A DNA stretch of 64,000 nucleotides from an uncultured Gammaproteobacteria bacterium (GCA_964367355.1 CAYIWY010000004.1:35976-99975); one strand, 5' to 3'. Shown: positions 43,030 through 52,460, counted from the stretch's first letter. Notes: a model not told the origin generated them from the sequence alone. Translations and numbers: made by a program.

Positions 43030-45395
43030 GCCGCCGCGGTTCCGCTTTGTAGGGGATTAGTTGCAGTAGGCGTGAAATGTCCTTTACTCGGGTAGCTCAG
43101 CAGTGCTGTTTTTAGAACCTCATCCATTGTTTCGACAAACACAAAATTTAGATCAGCTCTGGTTTTTTCCGGTATCTCCTCTAGATCCTTTTGATTTCTT
43201 ACAGGTAAGATAACGGTCTTTAAGCCCGCACGATGAGCTGCAAGTACTTTTTCCTTAACTCCACCAATCTCGAGAACTCTACCTAGCAAAGTAATCTCTC
43301 CGGTCATACAGACCTCTTTGCGAACTGCAATTTTACTAATGGCACTCATCAGAGAAGTTGCCATTGCAGTTCCGGCACTCGGCCCATCTTTAGGAATCGC
43401 ACCAGAGGGGACATGCAGGTGAATATCGTATTTTTGCGATATATTTTCTTTGATTCCAAACTCGACAAGCTTCGAACGAACGAAGGAAAGTGCCGCTTGG
43501 GCTGATTCTTTCATCACGTCTCCAAGATGACCGGTTAATATTAGAGTGCCTTTACCTGGCATAAGAGTTGTTTCAATGTTGAGTACCTCACCACCGGCTT
43601 CGGTCCAAGCAAGGCCGGTCGAAACCCCAACCTCGTCGCGTTTACCGACAGTCCAAGGTTCAAATTTTTCCGGACCTAAATATTTATTCACCTGGTCGGC
43701 AGTAACAACTTCTTTCTTGGTTTTTTCTTCGACAATTTCCCGCGCAACCTTTCGGCAGATAGCAGATAGTTCACGCTCCAAACTTCGCACACCAGCTTCA
43801 CGAGTATATTTTGTGATAATTTTTAATAAAGCTTCATCCCTAACTTCCAATTTCTTTTGAGTTAAACCGTGATTTTCCACCTGTTTTGGTAAGAGATAAT
43901 CTTTGGCGATATGCAATTTTTCCTCTTCAGTGTAGCCGGGGAAATCAATAATTTCCATCCGGTCTCGTAAAGCGGGAGGAATAGTCTCAAGATTATTGGC
44001 GGTTGTAATAAAAACAACATCCGAGAGATCAAAAGGCACTTCAAGGTAATGGTCACTAAAATCTTTATTTTGTTCTGGATCAAGGGCTTCAAGTAGCGCA
44101 GATGATGGATCACCACGGTAGTCAAACCCAAGTTTATCAATTTCATCAAGCATAAAGACTGGGTTTTTGGTTTCAGCATTCTTAATCGCTTGTATTACTC
44201 TTCCCGGTAGTGCGCCAACGTAGGTGCGACGGTGGCCACGAATTTCCGCTTCGTCCCGGATACCACCGAGAGAAACTTTAACGAATTTTCGGTCCATAGC
44301 CCTGGCGATTGAACGTCCGATTGAAGTTTTTCCGACTCCCGGAGGTCCGTAAAAACAGAGGATTGGACCTTTAAGTTTACCAGTGAGTTTTTTTACGGCT
44401 AGGTATTCAAGAATTCTTTCCTTGACTTTTTTTAGGCCGTAGTGATCTTGATTAAGAATTTCTTCTGCTTTTTTAACGTCGATTTTACTCTCACTACTTT
44501 TGTTCCAGGGAAGATCGACTAACAGATCAAGATACGTTCTAATGTAAGAAACCTCAGGAGAAAAAGGTGGAACTCTTTTCAGACGGTCCAGCTCTTTTAA
44601 TGCTTTAGATTCGGTTTCTGGACTCATACCGGAGGCTTTAATTTTCTTTTCGAGTTCAGCGTATTCTTCTTTTTCCTCCTTAACCCCAAGTTCCTTTTCG
44701 ATGGTTCTAAGTTGTTCACGCAGGAAAGCTTCTTTAGCATTTTTGCCGATCTCTTCGGCTGTTTGGTCTTGGATTTTGCGGGCAGTACCTAAAATAGACA
44801 GTTCATTTGAAAGTTGTTTTTCAATAGTCTTAATTCGTTTTTTAATATCATCTGTTTCCAGCAGAGCTTGTTTTTCAGAAGATTTGGTATCCAAATTGGC
44901 AATTATTATATCGAGTATCTGAGTCGGGGAGGAGAAATCTGTTAAAAGTTGCAAAACGTCCATCGGAACAGGTTTGCCAAAGGAAATTAGTTTTCTAAAC
45001 TGGTCGATAATTGGTTTAATAAAAATTTTTAAATTTTCTGGTTCAATTGTCTGCTCCTCAATCTCGTCAACTTCGACTTTGAAAAAAGGAGACTCCTGGA
45101 CAAAAGTTCTGATTTTGGCCTTTGTTTCACCGCTGACTTGGATATTGATCAAACCGTCAGGAAGTCTTTGAGTTCGAATTACTTTAGCAATCGTGCCGAC
45201 TAAATAAAGTTGCTCGGCTGTTGGGCTATCAACGTCTTTGTTTTTCTGCATCGTCAGAAAAACTCTTTTTTCATCGGCCAAAGCTTCTTCTAAAGCCGCA
45301 ACCGACTGTTCTCGTTTTAATGAAATAGGAATAGTACTACCGGGGAAGATAACTACGTCTCGAACTGCGATTAAGGGTAAAATATTTTTGTCCAT
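43026..45395 (-). CDS. lon: ATP-dependent Lon protease
   Basis: GPPGVGKTS; PKDGPSAG catalytic Ser. Confidence 0.97.
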   Translation of the reverse strand: MDKNILPLIAVRDVVIFPGSTIPISLKREQSVAALEEALADEKRVFLTMQKNKDVDSPTAEQLYLVGTIAKVIRTQRLPDGLINIQVSGETKAKIRTFVQESPFFKVEVDEIEEQTIEPENLKIFIKPIIDQFRKLISFGKPVPMDVLQLLTDFSSPTQILDIIIANLDTKSSEKQALLETDDIKKRIKTIEKQLSNELSILGTARKIQDQTAEEIGKNAKEAFLREQLRTIEKELGVKEEKEEYAELEKKIKASGMSPETESKALKELDRLKRVPPFSPEVSYIRTYLDLLVDLPWNKSSESKIDVKKAEEILNQDHYGLKKVKERILEYLAVKKLTGKLKGPILCFYGPPGVGKTSIGRSIARAMDRKFVKVSLGGIRDEAEIRGHRRTYVGALPGRVIQAIKNAETKNPVFMLDEIDKLGFDYRGDPSSALLEALDPEQNKDFSDHYLEVPFDLSDVVFITTANNLETIPPALRDRMEIIDFPGYTEEEKLHIAKDYLLPKQVENHGLTQKKLEVRDEALLKIITKYTREAGVRSLERELSAICRKVAREIVEEKTKKEVVTADQVNKYLGPEKFEPWTVGKRDEVGVSTGLAWTEAGGEVLNIETTLMPGKGTLILTGHLGDVMKESAQAALSFVRSKLVEFGIKENISQKYDIHLHVPSGAIPKDGPSAGTAMATSLMSAISKIAVRKEVCMTGEITLLGRVLEIGGVKEKVLAAHRAGLKTVILPVRNQKDLEEIPEKTRADLNFVFVETMDEVLKTALLSYPSKGHFTPTATNPLQSGTAAA

Positions 45396-45437
45396 ATATC
45401 TTTTTCAAAATCTTTAGAAATTGAATAATATCGTAAC

Positions 45438-45464
45438 TTAGCAACACTGTCAAGTGACTGCTAA
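45438..45464 (-). promoter_or_regulatory. CIRCE-like (HrcA) operator overlapping the lon -35
   Basis: TTAGCAGTC-N9-TGTTGCTAA versus consensus TTAGCACTC-N9-GAGTGCTAA; contains TTGACA 17 bp from TATTAT. Confidence 0.7.
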
Positions 45465-45591
45465 GAATTTTACCAACTAAAACCCATAGTATTGACTTCC
45501 TGGTCAATTTCAGCTATACTCTCGCAATAAGCAGGCCAAAATAGTCTACTGTTAGCCTAGTACAAAACCAGTAAAGAAAGGGAGAAACTAA

Positions 45592-46107
45592 ATGAAAGGT
45601 GTATTAGCTTTTGTGGCCGTCGTTCTGCTAGCATTCTCGATCGGTCTTACCGTTGGGTGTGTTGCCCAGAACATTTCGGTAAACAACGATGTTAACGCTT
45701 GGCTCACGCGAGCTCAAGTGGCAGCGGACATCGAGGATATGATGATCTACCTGGATCGGGCTGAGCAAGGTCTGGACGACCGAAACATGAATTCTGGTCA
45801 CTCAGGAGTGGTCATCAAAAACGCGGCCAACGACTTCACTTTGATCCGACAGAACATCGATCGGATCCAGGAGCGAGCCGGTCAGCTTTCTAAGACTCCA
45901 GTCGAGCAACGAGGTGGTGACGCCGCCTACCAACAAGGGCTTGACGATCTCCGTGGTACTCTCCGCGAATTGAGTGTACCCGCAGAAGGCTATTACTGGC
46001 GTCACGACGGACTTCTCTACCTAATCAGTGTTTGGTTCGTGTGGGCACTGCTCGTGGTGGTGGCCATTATCGCGGGCTACGTCATATTTTTTAGAGACAG
46101 CTACTGA
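45592..46107 (+). CDS. Hypothetical membrane protein (2 TMs flanking a helical domain)
   Basis: Own TTGACT/TATACT promoter, GGGAG SD, higher GC. Confidence 0.7.
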   Translation: MKGVLAFVAVVLLAFSIGLTVGCVAQNISVNNDVNAWLTRAQVAADIEDMMIYLDRAEQGLDDRNMNSGHSGVVIKNAANDFTLIRQNIDRIQERAGQLSKTPVEQRGGDAAYQQGLDDLRGTLRELSVPAEGYYWRHDGLLYLISVWFVWALLVVVAIIAGYVIFFRDSY

Positions 46108-46476
46108 CGAAGCCGTTCGCTACTAACAGAGAGGAACTCCTTTGGGGTTGTGGTGAGTGAAAGTAACCACCTGTAAAGCAATTTACAGCCATTTTCCCCT
46201 AAGCAAATCTCTCAAGAGGTTTCCTTAGGACAAGTAACTCCGAATTAATTCGGAGTTTTTTGTTGGCTGAAATGGATAATCTGAGGCTAAAAAGCTATGG
46301 GGGGACAACGAGATTGAGATAGAACCCTTACTAGACAGTATGATCCTACTATTTAATCAACTAAGAGGTACAAACTTAGTTCTGTAAGGTTAGTTTTTGT
46401 TGGTAGAAAGTTTCAAAATACTCGACCAGAGCAAAGCCACCCTTCAGCAAGCTTTTGATTATGCTACAATTTCCTT

Positions 46477-46710
46477 GTGATTAAATTTACTGAGCACGTA
46501 GAAACTAGACTTGAAGAAAGAAATATTACTAAGGAACAAATTGGTGAAGCCATCGGAAGTCCAGACGTTGTTTTACCAGCAAGGGCAAATCGTTCGATTG
46601 CAATTAAGAAGTTTGAAAATAATTTTCTCAAAGTAGTGTTTATTAAAGATCAAGGTGATATAATCGTGATCACTACTCACTGGATTAGTAAATTGAAACT
46701 TAAGGAGTAA
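46477..46710 (+). CDS. DUF4258-like putative toxin
   Basis: IKFTEHVETRLEERNI...IIVITTH. Confidence 0.75.
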   Translation: MIKFTEHVETRLEERNITKEQIGEAIGSPDVVLPARANRSIAIKKFENNFLKVVFIKDQGDIIVITTHWISKLKLKE

Positions 46711-46712
46711 AT

Positions 46713-46940
46713 ATGAACGTTCGTTACGACCCAAAAGCTGATGCAGCTTACATTTATTTAACTGAAAATAAAGGTAGTTCCTCTAATAGTAAAACTAAAG
46801 TGGCTGAGACCAAGGAACTTTCGGATGAAATTTTTGTGGACTACGACAGCGAAGGCCGCCCACTTGGCATTGAAATAATTGGTGTTAAAGATAGAGTACC
46901 CTCTAAAACCCTTCATTTTTTTGAAACCCAAACACGCTAG
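46713..46940 (+). CDS. DUF2283-like putative antitoxin
   Basis: RYDPKADAAYI...VDYDSEGRPLGIEI. Confidence 0.85.
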   Translation: MNVRYDPKADAAYIYLTENKGSSSNSKTKVAETKELSDEIFVDYDSEGRPLGIEIIGVKDRVPSKTLHFFETQTR

Positions 46941-47166
46941 TTTTTTTAGGCCACGAAGTGGTCGCAGAATGCTTTAGCGATCATTAGATTTCTTAATCGC
47001 AGAGAGCAAAGCGAACTATTGGTTAAAATTGGTTATTATGAGGCTAAAAATCTATAGTGGGACAACGCTCTTGAGATAGAACCCTTACTAAACAGTATAG
47101 TCTTACTATTTAATCAATTAAGATATTCAAACGTAATTCTTTAAAGTTTGGTATAATTGTTTCAAC

Positions 47167-47463
47167 ATGAAAACTGAAACTATCGATATAGACCAAATTA
47201 AAGAAAAGGTTTTGCCAATACTCAAAGAGGTAGGTGTCACTCGCAGTTCTATCTTTGGTTCTTTTGCTGCAGGTGAAAACACTAAGGACAGTGATATCGA
47301 TATTCTGATTGAGCCGCCTGAAAGTATGACGTTATTTGGTTTTGCTGGTCTAAAGTTGGAGTTGGAAGAAGCACTCGGTCGGGAAGTTGATTTGGTAGAG
47401 TATTCTGCTATTAAACCTCGTATTAAACAGCAATTACTAAGTACTCAAATTCCCATTCTATGA
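47167..47463 (+). CDS. MNT minimal nucleotidyltransferase antitoxin
   Basis: IFGSFAAGE...SDIDIL...VDLV. Confidence 0.9.
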   Translation: MKTETIDIDQIKEKVLPILKEVGVTRSSIFGSFAAGENTKDSDIDILIEPPESMTLFGFAGLKLELEEALGREVDLVEYSAIKPRIKQQLLSTQIPIL

Positions 47464-47813
47464 AAGAAGAAAAAAGAGACATGGGTCTTTATCTGGAAGA
47501 TGTTTTTGAAAGTATTAAGCAGATACAAGAATATACTGATGGTATTGAAGAGGATGAGTTTTATACTAATCAGTTAATCCAAGACGCAGTGGCGAGAAGA
47601 TTTGCAATTATTGGCGAGGGAGTTAAACACGTTCCTGAGTATTATCGAGAAAAACACCCGGAAACTAATTGGAAAAGTATTGCTGGTATGCGTGACATTC
47701 TTGTCCACGAATATTTTGAAGTCAATCTCAAAAGAATTTGGAATACAATTCAAGAAGAACTATCCACTTTTAAAGAGCAGATTAAGAACTTACCCGAAAT
47801 GTCTAATAGTTAA
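47460..47813 (+). CDS. HEPN (DUF86) toxin
   Basis: DAVARRFAIIGE; RDILVHEY (R-x4-H). Confidence 0.9.
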   Translation: MKEEKRDMGLYLEDVFESIKQIQEYTDGIEEDEFYTNQLIQDAVARRFAIIGEGVKHVPEYYREKHPETNWKSIAGMRDILVHEYFEVNLKRIWNTIQEELSTFKEQIKNLPEMSNS

Positions 47814-48037
47814 GCAACTACTTAAAAACCTCCCACACTTAAGTAAATCTTGAATAAAGGTTTTCTTAGGACAAGTAACTAGCTGAAAGGCTAGTTTTTT
47901 TAGTCCACGAAGTGGTCGCAGAACGCTTTATCGATCATTAGATTTCTTAACCGCAGAGAGCAAAGCGAACTATTGGCTAAAATGGTTAAATCTGAGGCTA
48001 AAAAACGATGGGGGGAGCTTGGTATCAAAAAGGGTAC

Positions 48038-48114
48038 TGGGGGGGAGTATGGGACTTGAACCCATGACATGTAGTTCCACAAACTACCGCTCTACCAACT
48101 GAGCTAACTCCCCC
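48038..48114 (-). tRNA. tRNA-His(GUG)
   Basis: Cloverleaf, anticodon GTG, G-1/C73, CCA. Confidence 0.95.
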
Positions 48115-48120
48115 ACGAAG

Positions 48121-48197
48121 TGGCGCGCCTGAAGGGACTCGAACCCCCAACACCCAGTTCCGAAGACTGGTGCTCTATCCAATTGAGCTACAGGCGC
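48121..48197 (-). tRNA. tRNA-Arg(UCG)
   Basis: Cloverleaf, anticodon TCG, CCA. Confidence 0.94.
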
Positions 48198-48331
48198 TTG
48201 CAGTAGGTGTATTTTAACAAATTTAACCTAAAATTGATAGTTCTGTGGTGGTTTTGAAGCGGGCGCGTAAATTATGTGAAACTAATCTTAGCTCATTTTG
48301 ATAGGTTGATAAAATTGCACGAAGCGTTAAT

Positions 48332-48604
48332 CTATTTGTACAACTGGCTATGTGTTCCTAAAGCTTCGAAAGTAATAATTATTGTACCTAATTTATCTGT
48401 GCTTTCACTATAAAGAGCTCTCCAGTCACCAGTAATATTAATACTTCGGTAGTCTTTTAATTTTCCTTTTAACAAATGGTTATTGAGCAGGGGATCAAGA
48501 GGGTTCTGTAGGAAAAGTTTTATTCTTTCTTGAAAAGCTAATTTTATCTTTGGTTCCGTCCTGACGTATAGCTTAGAAAACTTTCTGCTGAATTTAATTT
48601 TCAT
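48332..48604 (-). CDS. RelE/YafQ-family mRNA interferase toxin
   Basis: LNNHLLKGKLKDYRSINITGDWRALY...LGTHSQLY. Confidence 0.9.
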   Translation of the reverse strand: MKIKFSRKFSKLYVRTEPKIKLAFQERIKLFLQNPLDPLLNNHLLKGKLKDYRSINITGDWRALYSESTDKLGTIIITFEALGTHSQLYK

Positions 48605-48887
48605 TACTTGTTGATCTATTTAACCAAGTAATGGCGTCGTCAGCATTATCGAATTGAGGGGATACCTTCCCCTTCTCGATGTCTTCTTTTGATTCTTTGA
48701 GAACTGTTAGGAGATACTCAGTTGGAAGCTCATCAGAAACACTGAAACTAACGCTCTTAGTTTTGATAAGTTGCTTTAAATAGGCATTAATCAAAGAACT
48801 AAGACTAAAACCTAACTCATCAGCCACTTCCTTGGCTTTTGTTTTGGTTTCTGGATTGGTTTTAATATTAATTACACTAGAATTCAT
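48594..48887 (-). CDS. RelB/DinJ-family antitoxin
   Basis: VINIKT..TKTKAKEVADELGFSLSSLINAYL. Confidence 0.88.
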   Translation of the reverse strand: MNSSVINIKTNPETKTKAKEVADELGFSLSSLINAYLKQLIKTKSVSFSVSDELPTEYLLTVLKESKEDIEKGKVSPQFDNADDAITWLNRSTSNEN

Positions 48888-48896
48888 ATAGATAAA

Positions 48897-48913
48897 GTAT
48901 ACATATTGTATAC
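48897..48913. promoter_or_regulatory. Palindromic TA operator
   Basis: GTATACA-TAT-TGTATAC between TTGACA and the antitoxin start. Confidence 0.7.
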
Positions 48914-48973
48914 ACTTTTGTCAATAAATTAAATTGTAGAAGACTTTTATAAAGAGGATAATCTGCTAATATT

Positions 48974-48989
48974 TGGAGCGGGTGAGGGG
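48974..48989 (-). pseudogene. Relic 3' end of a second tRNA-Gly
   Basis: CCCCT-CACCCGC-T-CCA; complementary to the relic 5' end GCGGGTG at 49157. Confidence 0.75.
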
Positions 48990-49029
48990 AAGAATAACCA
49001 TTTGCTATGCAAAAGTTGAGCCCTCGAAA

Positions 49030-49104
49030 TGGAGCGGCGGACCAGATTCGAACTGGCGACCTTCTCCTTGGAAGGGAGACATTCTACCGCTGAACTACCG
49101 CCGC
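49030..49104 (-). tRNA. tRNA-Gly(UCC)
   Basis: Cloverleaf GCGGCGG/CCGCCGC, anticodon TCC, U73, CCA. Confidence 0.95.
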
Positions 49105-49118
49105 TTAATTTATTAACC

Positions 49119-49157
49119 CCTTGGAAGGGAGATGTTGTACCATTCAACCACACCCGC
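49119..49157 (-). pseudogene. Relic 5' half of a second tRNA-Gly(UCC)
   Basis: GCGGGTG-TG-GTTG-AATGGTA-CAAC-A-TCTCC-CTTCCAA-GG: acceptor strand, D arm and anticodon loop. Confidence 0.85.
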
Positions 49158-49266
49158 GTGTGGTTTTTGTGATTATAACTCGCAAGAGTTACAAGAGCGA
49201 GATGTAATCGATGCGATTATAACATTTTCCAACCTGAAATTACAGAAAATTTAAAAAAGGAGACAA

Positions 49267-49845
49267 TTAATTGTTTGAGGGAGCAGCTGCAGCTTGGGTG
49301 ATTTCGGAAAGCAAGACACCCTCCACGATTAAACCTTTTGGTGCAAATTCCACTTCGAGTTGATCTTTAATCTTTTTTTCAGCCTCGTGTCGAACCGAAG
49401 AATTAATTTGTTGAAAGGTGAATTCGGATAGTGAAGTGCGAATACGGCTGCGACAAACCGGACGGACAATTTTTGAAACAAAGCGATCGCCAATATTTTC
49501 CCAAAGACTAACCACCTGATCGCGGTTAATTCGAACCAAGACTGTTCCTTGAACAGATATGTTAATACCGTCATTGGTCGTGGCGTTGATTGGATCGTCA
49601 CCAAGAACTTCTGGGTTTTGGTCAGTATTGAAGCCTGTTCGTATCCCGTATTCTAGAGTTTGGGCGTTAAAAAGTTTTGCTTTTTGCAGGAACGGAAGTT
49701 TAAAATGGAGCCCTGGCCCCCAAGTGTGACGCAAAACGCCGCGCAGACGGTCATAAACACAGGCGACCTGCCCGGGTTGGACATCGACAAAAAACCCGCC
49801 GGCGACTTCATCAACAAAAAATCCAACTACAAGTTTATCGAACAT
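49267..49845 (-). CDS. SPFH/Band 7 domain protein
   Basis: PGLHFKLPF; TNDGINI; GLIVEGVLL. Confidence 0.85.
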   Translation of the reverse strand: MFDKLVVGFFVDEVAGGFFVDVQPGQVACVYDRLRGVLRHTWGPGLHFKLPFLQKAKLFNAQTLEYGIRTGFNTDQNPEVLGDDPINATTNDGINISVQGTVLVRINRDQVVSLWENIGDRFVSKIVRPVCRSRIRTSLSEFTFQQINSSVRHEAEKKIKDQLEVEFAPKGLIVEGVLLSEITQAAAAPSNN

Positions 49846-50563
49846 TTTCTTCTTTTGGTCTTCCAGATCGACCGAGAGTAAACATTAAACGAATTCCGAG
49901 ACTAAAAAGTATTGAGACAATTAAAAATATCGCTTTGGTCGCTGGAAGTATTATTAATAGTATAAAAGTGAAGATAGGCAAAAGCAAGGGATACCATCGT
50001 TCCGAGAAGGTTGCTTCCGGAATATTCTTCTTTACTTCATACTCCCAAATTTGTTCTATAAAAAGCAAAACAGCCGCGATTGTACAGAGGATAAGATTAA
50101 AGGGTTTGGAAATATCAAAGCCGAAAAATTGATGGTAAACATTGCCAACTGGTGCGGTAACAAAACTGTAAAGCTTATCGTATCCTGAAGGAGTAATACC
50201 ATTTTGGACAATCTGAAAAAGAACTAAAAGAAAAATTATTTGTCCAAATAGAGAAAGTATCTCGGAAATTGGATTAATACCTTTTTCCCGGAGAAGAGCG
50301 GTGGTTTTTTCTCGTTTTTCTTTAGCCAGAAAGTGAGAGTCCTCCTCGATCGCTCTAACTTGCGAAGCTATTTCTTCAAGTAAGCTATCGGTTTTATAGC
50401 CTTTTAAGGTTAAGGGGAGAAAAATTAATCTGACAATAATCGCTAGCATTACGATAGCCCAACCTAAATTGGGACCAGGAGAAAAATTGTAAAGAGCGAT
50501 TACCAGATTATAAATTGGTTGGTAAAGAATTATGTTGTAGAGGTTGCCGAAAAGTTCAAGCAT
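49835..50563 (-). CDS. YidC/Oxa1-family membrane insertase-like protein
   Basis: YQPIYNL...LGWAIVMLAIIVRLIFLPL...GINP. Confidence 0.75.
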   Translation of the reverse strand: MLELFGNLYNIILYQPIYNLVIALYNFSPGPNLGWAIVMLAIIVRLIFLPLTLKGYKTDSLLEEIASQVRAIEEDSHFLAKEKREKTTALLREKGINPISEILSLFGQIIFLLVLFQIVQNGITPSGYDKLYSFVTAPVGNVYHQFFGFDISKPFNLILCTIAAVLLFIEQIWEYEVKKNIPEATFSERWYPLLLPIFTFILLIILPATKAIFLIVSILFSLGIRLMFTLGRSGRPKEENVR

Positions 50564-50745
50564 TAGTTAAAATCAATTGTACTAGATTTGTAACAATCAA
50601 GCAAAGAAGCAGCCACTTCCTTTTTAACTTATTTTGTGTTATATTCCCCAATAGTTTTGGGAGAGTCTTATTTGTGTAATTTGAAATCAAAAATACTGTT
50701 AGTTAAGCAAAGACTCGTTTCCAAAAGGGTCTTTTTTTGTTTAAA

Positions 50746-51153
50746 ATGGCAAAAATACTTTTGGTCGGTTCAGACCCTTCGATTACCGATATGTACGTTA
50801 AGGTACTCGAAACGAACGGGTTTGATAGCATAATTGAAAATACAGCCAAAGATGGGCTTGACCGTTTGTCAGATGAGTTTTTTCCGGCAACCATAGTTTT
50901 TCTGCCACGGGAGGAAAGCCTTTGGTTTCTAATTAAACTTAGAGCTTTTCATAGTGTTAAGGTTTCTTCGATTCCAGTTTTGGCCGTTGCTGATGAGTCC
51001 AGTGAAAATTTCATTGAATTTATTGAAAGTGGTGCCACCAAAGTTATTTCCAAATTCCCAACCAGCGGTGATAAAATCGTAACTGAACTTAGGAATATAT
51101 TAAATATTCCAAGAATGCGTCCAAACAATGAAGCAAACCAGTTCAAGAATTGA
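50746..51153 (+). CDS. Degenerate (pseudo-)receiver domain protein
   Basis: Receiver-like pattern (KILLV, IPVL, GA..VISK) without the canonical acidic residues. Confidence 0.55.
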   Translation: MAKILLVGSDPSITDMYVKVLETNGFDSIIENTAKDGLDRLSDEFFPATIVFLPREESLWFLIKLRAFHSVKVSSIPVLAVADESSENFIEFIESGATKVISKFPTSGDKIVTELRNILNIPRMRPNNEANQFKN

Positions 51154-51487
51154 AAGTTTTAAATATGCCGGTGATGGTTTAAAACATGCTTTTTATACCC
51201 AGGCAAATTTTCAGATTCAACTTACCTGTGGAATAGTTGTTTTGGTATTCGCGTTTGTTTTTAAGTTCAATCGTTTCGAATGGCTGATTTTGATAATTAC
51301 AGTTGGATTAGTTTTAATAGCTGAACTCCTTAATACTGTAATCGAAGTAGTGGTAGACCTGGCGGTTCAGGAAAAGCTGATTCCTGAGGCAAAAATTGCT
51401 AAGGATGTTTCCGCTGCGGCTGTACTTTTGACTAGTATAATTTCCGTTGTTGTTGGGATAATCCTCTTTTGGCCACACCTCTTCTAA
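51128..51487 (+). CDS. dgkA: Diacylglycerol/undecaprenol kinase family
   Basis: SFKYA..G; ELLNTVIE; AKDVSAAAV. Confidence 0.9.
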   Translation: MKQTSSRIESFKYAGDGLKHAFYTQANFQIQLTCGIVVLVFAFVFKFNRFEWLILIITVGLVLIAELLNTVIEVVVDLAVQEKLIPEAKIAKDVSAAAVLLTSIISVVVGIILFWPHLF

Positions 51488-52452
51488 TCAGCAAACATTT
51501 CAGTAAACATTTTTCCGTATTTAACTGTATCGTAAACCCCAATTCCAACTCGAGTATATTTAGTTGAAATCATTGATTTTAAATGATTGGGAGAACGCAG
51601 GAAACCTTCGTGAGCTGTAATTGCGTCTGGAGCGAAAGATAGGTTCTCGGCTAAGGAATTAAAAATTAAATTTTCAGCAAGTGCTCGATCGTAAGGACTT
51701 TTTCCCTTCGGGTCAATGTGACCGAAGTAGCTCTCATCGATCATGGCCTTTGAGTGGTCGCGGGCGATTTTTGTTATCAGATGGTCTGATTGAAGCTGCG
51801 GTAAATTTTTTTCAACTCGAGTTTGATTTAAGGCGATAAAAAGTTGTTTTTCCGAGTCTGTGTCTAAAATAGCTTTGTGGTCAGGAATCGATAAACGCAC
51901 GAAACTATCGCTGTCTTGTTTTGTCGAGGTAATGGAAATAATACCTTCCCGAATTGAGCGTGAAAAAGCTTGTTCTAGCGGAACATTAAAGCGAGTTGTA
52001 AAGGGCAGTAGATTGCCGACAATTTTTGAGGACGTCAGGGCCGTTTTTACGCTGGTTGGTATTGGTAAGACGATTATGACAGTAGAAATAAAGGAAATTA
52101 TCAAGAAACTAGAAAACAAATTTGGGACAAGTCCCAAGTAGCGGTTAAATCTTGAAAGAATTAAGGTCATTGGTAGTTTTTTGAAAAAATCATTAAAAAA
52201 AGCACTAAAGAGAACCTCGACAAAGATAAAGATGAAGATAAAAGAAATTAAATTTACCAACTCTGACCTAAATCCAATATAAACAAGTATGAAAGATAGT
52301 AGTGGGAAAAGAGAAATAGAACTAACTAAGGAAATTGAAAAACCCAAAAATTCAAAAAACTGTGCTAAAAAACCGCGTTTAAAAACAAACGCAGCATAAA
52401 TAACAACGAATAAAATAATTCCTAAATCTACCCAATTAAAACCCATTAGCAT
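51484..52452 (-). CDS. CvpA-family membrane protein fused to a CAP/SCP domain
   Basis: NWVD...KRGF...NRYLG; CAP motifs ARDHS, YFGH, AENL, SPNH, VGIG. Confidence 0.85.
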   Translation of the reverse strand: MLMGFNWVDLGIILFVVIYAAFVFKRGFLAQFFEFLGFSISLVSSISLFPLLSFILVYIGFRSELVNLISFIFIFIFVEVLFSAFFNDFFKKLPMTLILSRFNRYLGLVPNLFSSFLIISFISTVIIVLPIPTSVKTALTSSKIVGNLLPFTTRFNVPLEQAFSRSIREGIISITSTKQDSDSFVRLSIPDHKAILDTDSEKQLFIALNQTRVEKNLPQLQSDHLITKIARDHSKAMIDESYFGHIDPKGKSPYDRALAENLIFNSLAENLSFAPDAITAHEGFLRSPNHLKSMISTKYTRVGIGVYDTVKYGKMFTEMFAD

Positions 52453-52460
52453 TTCGAATC

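Noticed and set aside
47900-49153. Short ORFs at 47900-48082, 48947-49153 and 40079-40282
   Set aside because: They overlap tRNA genes and are translation artefacts.
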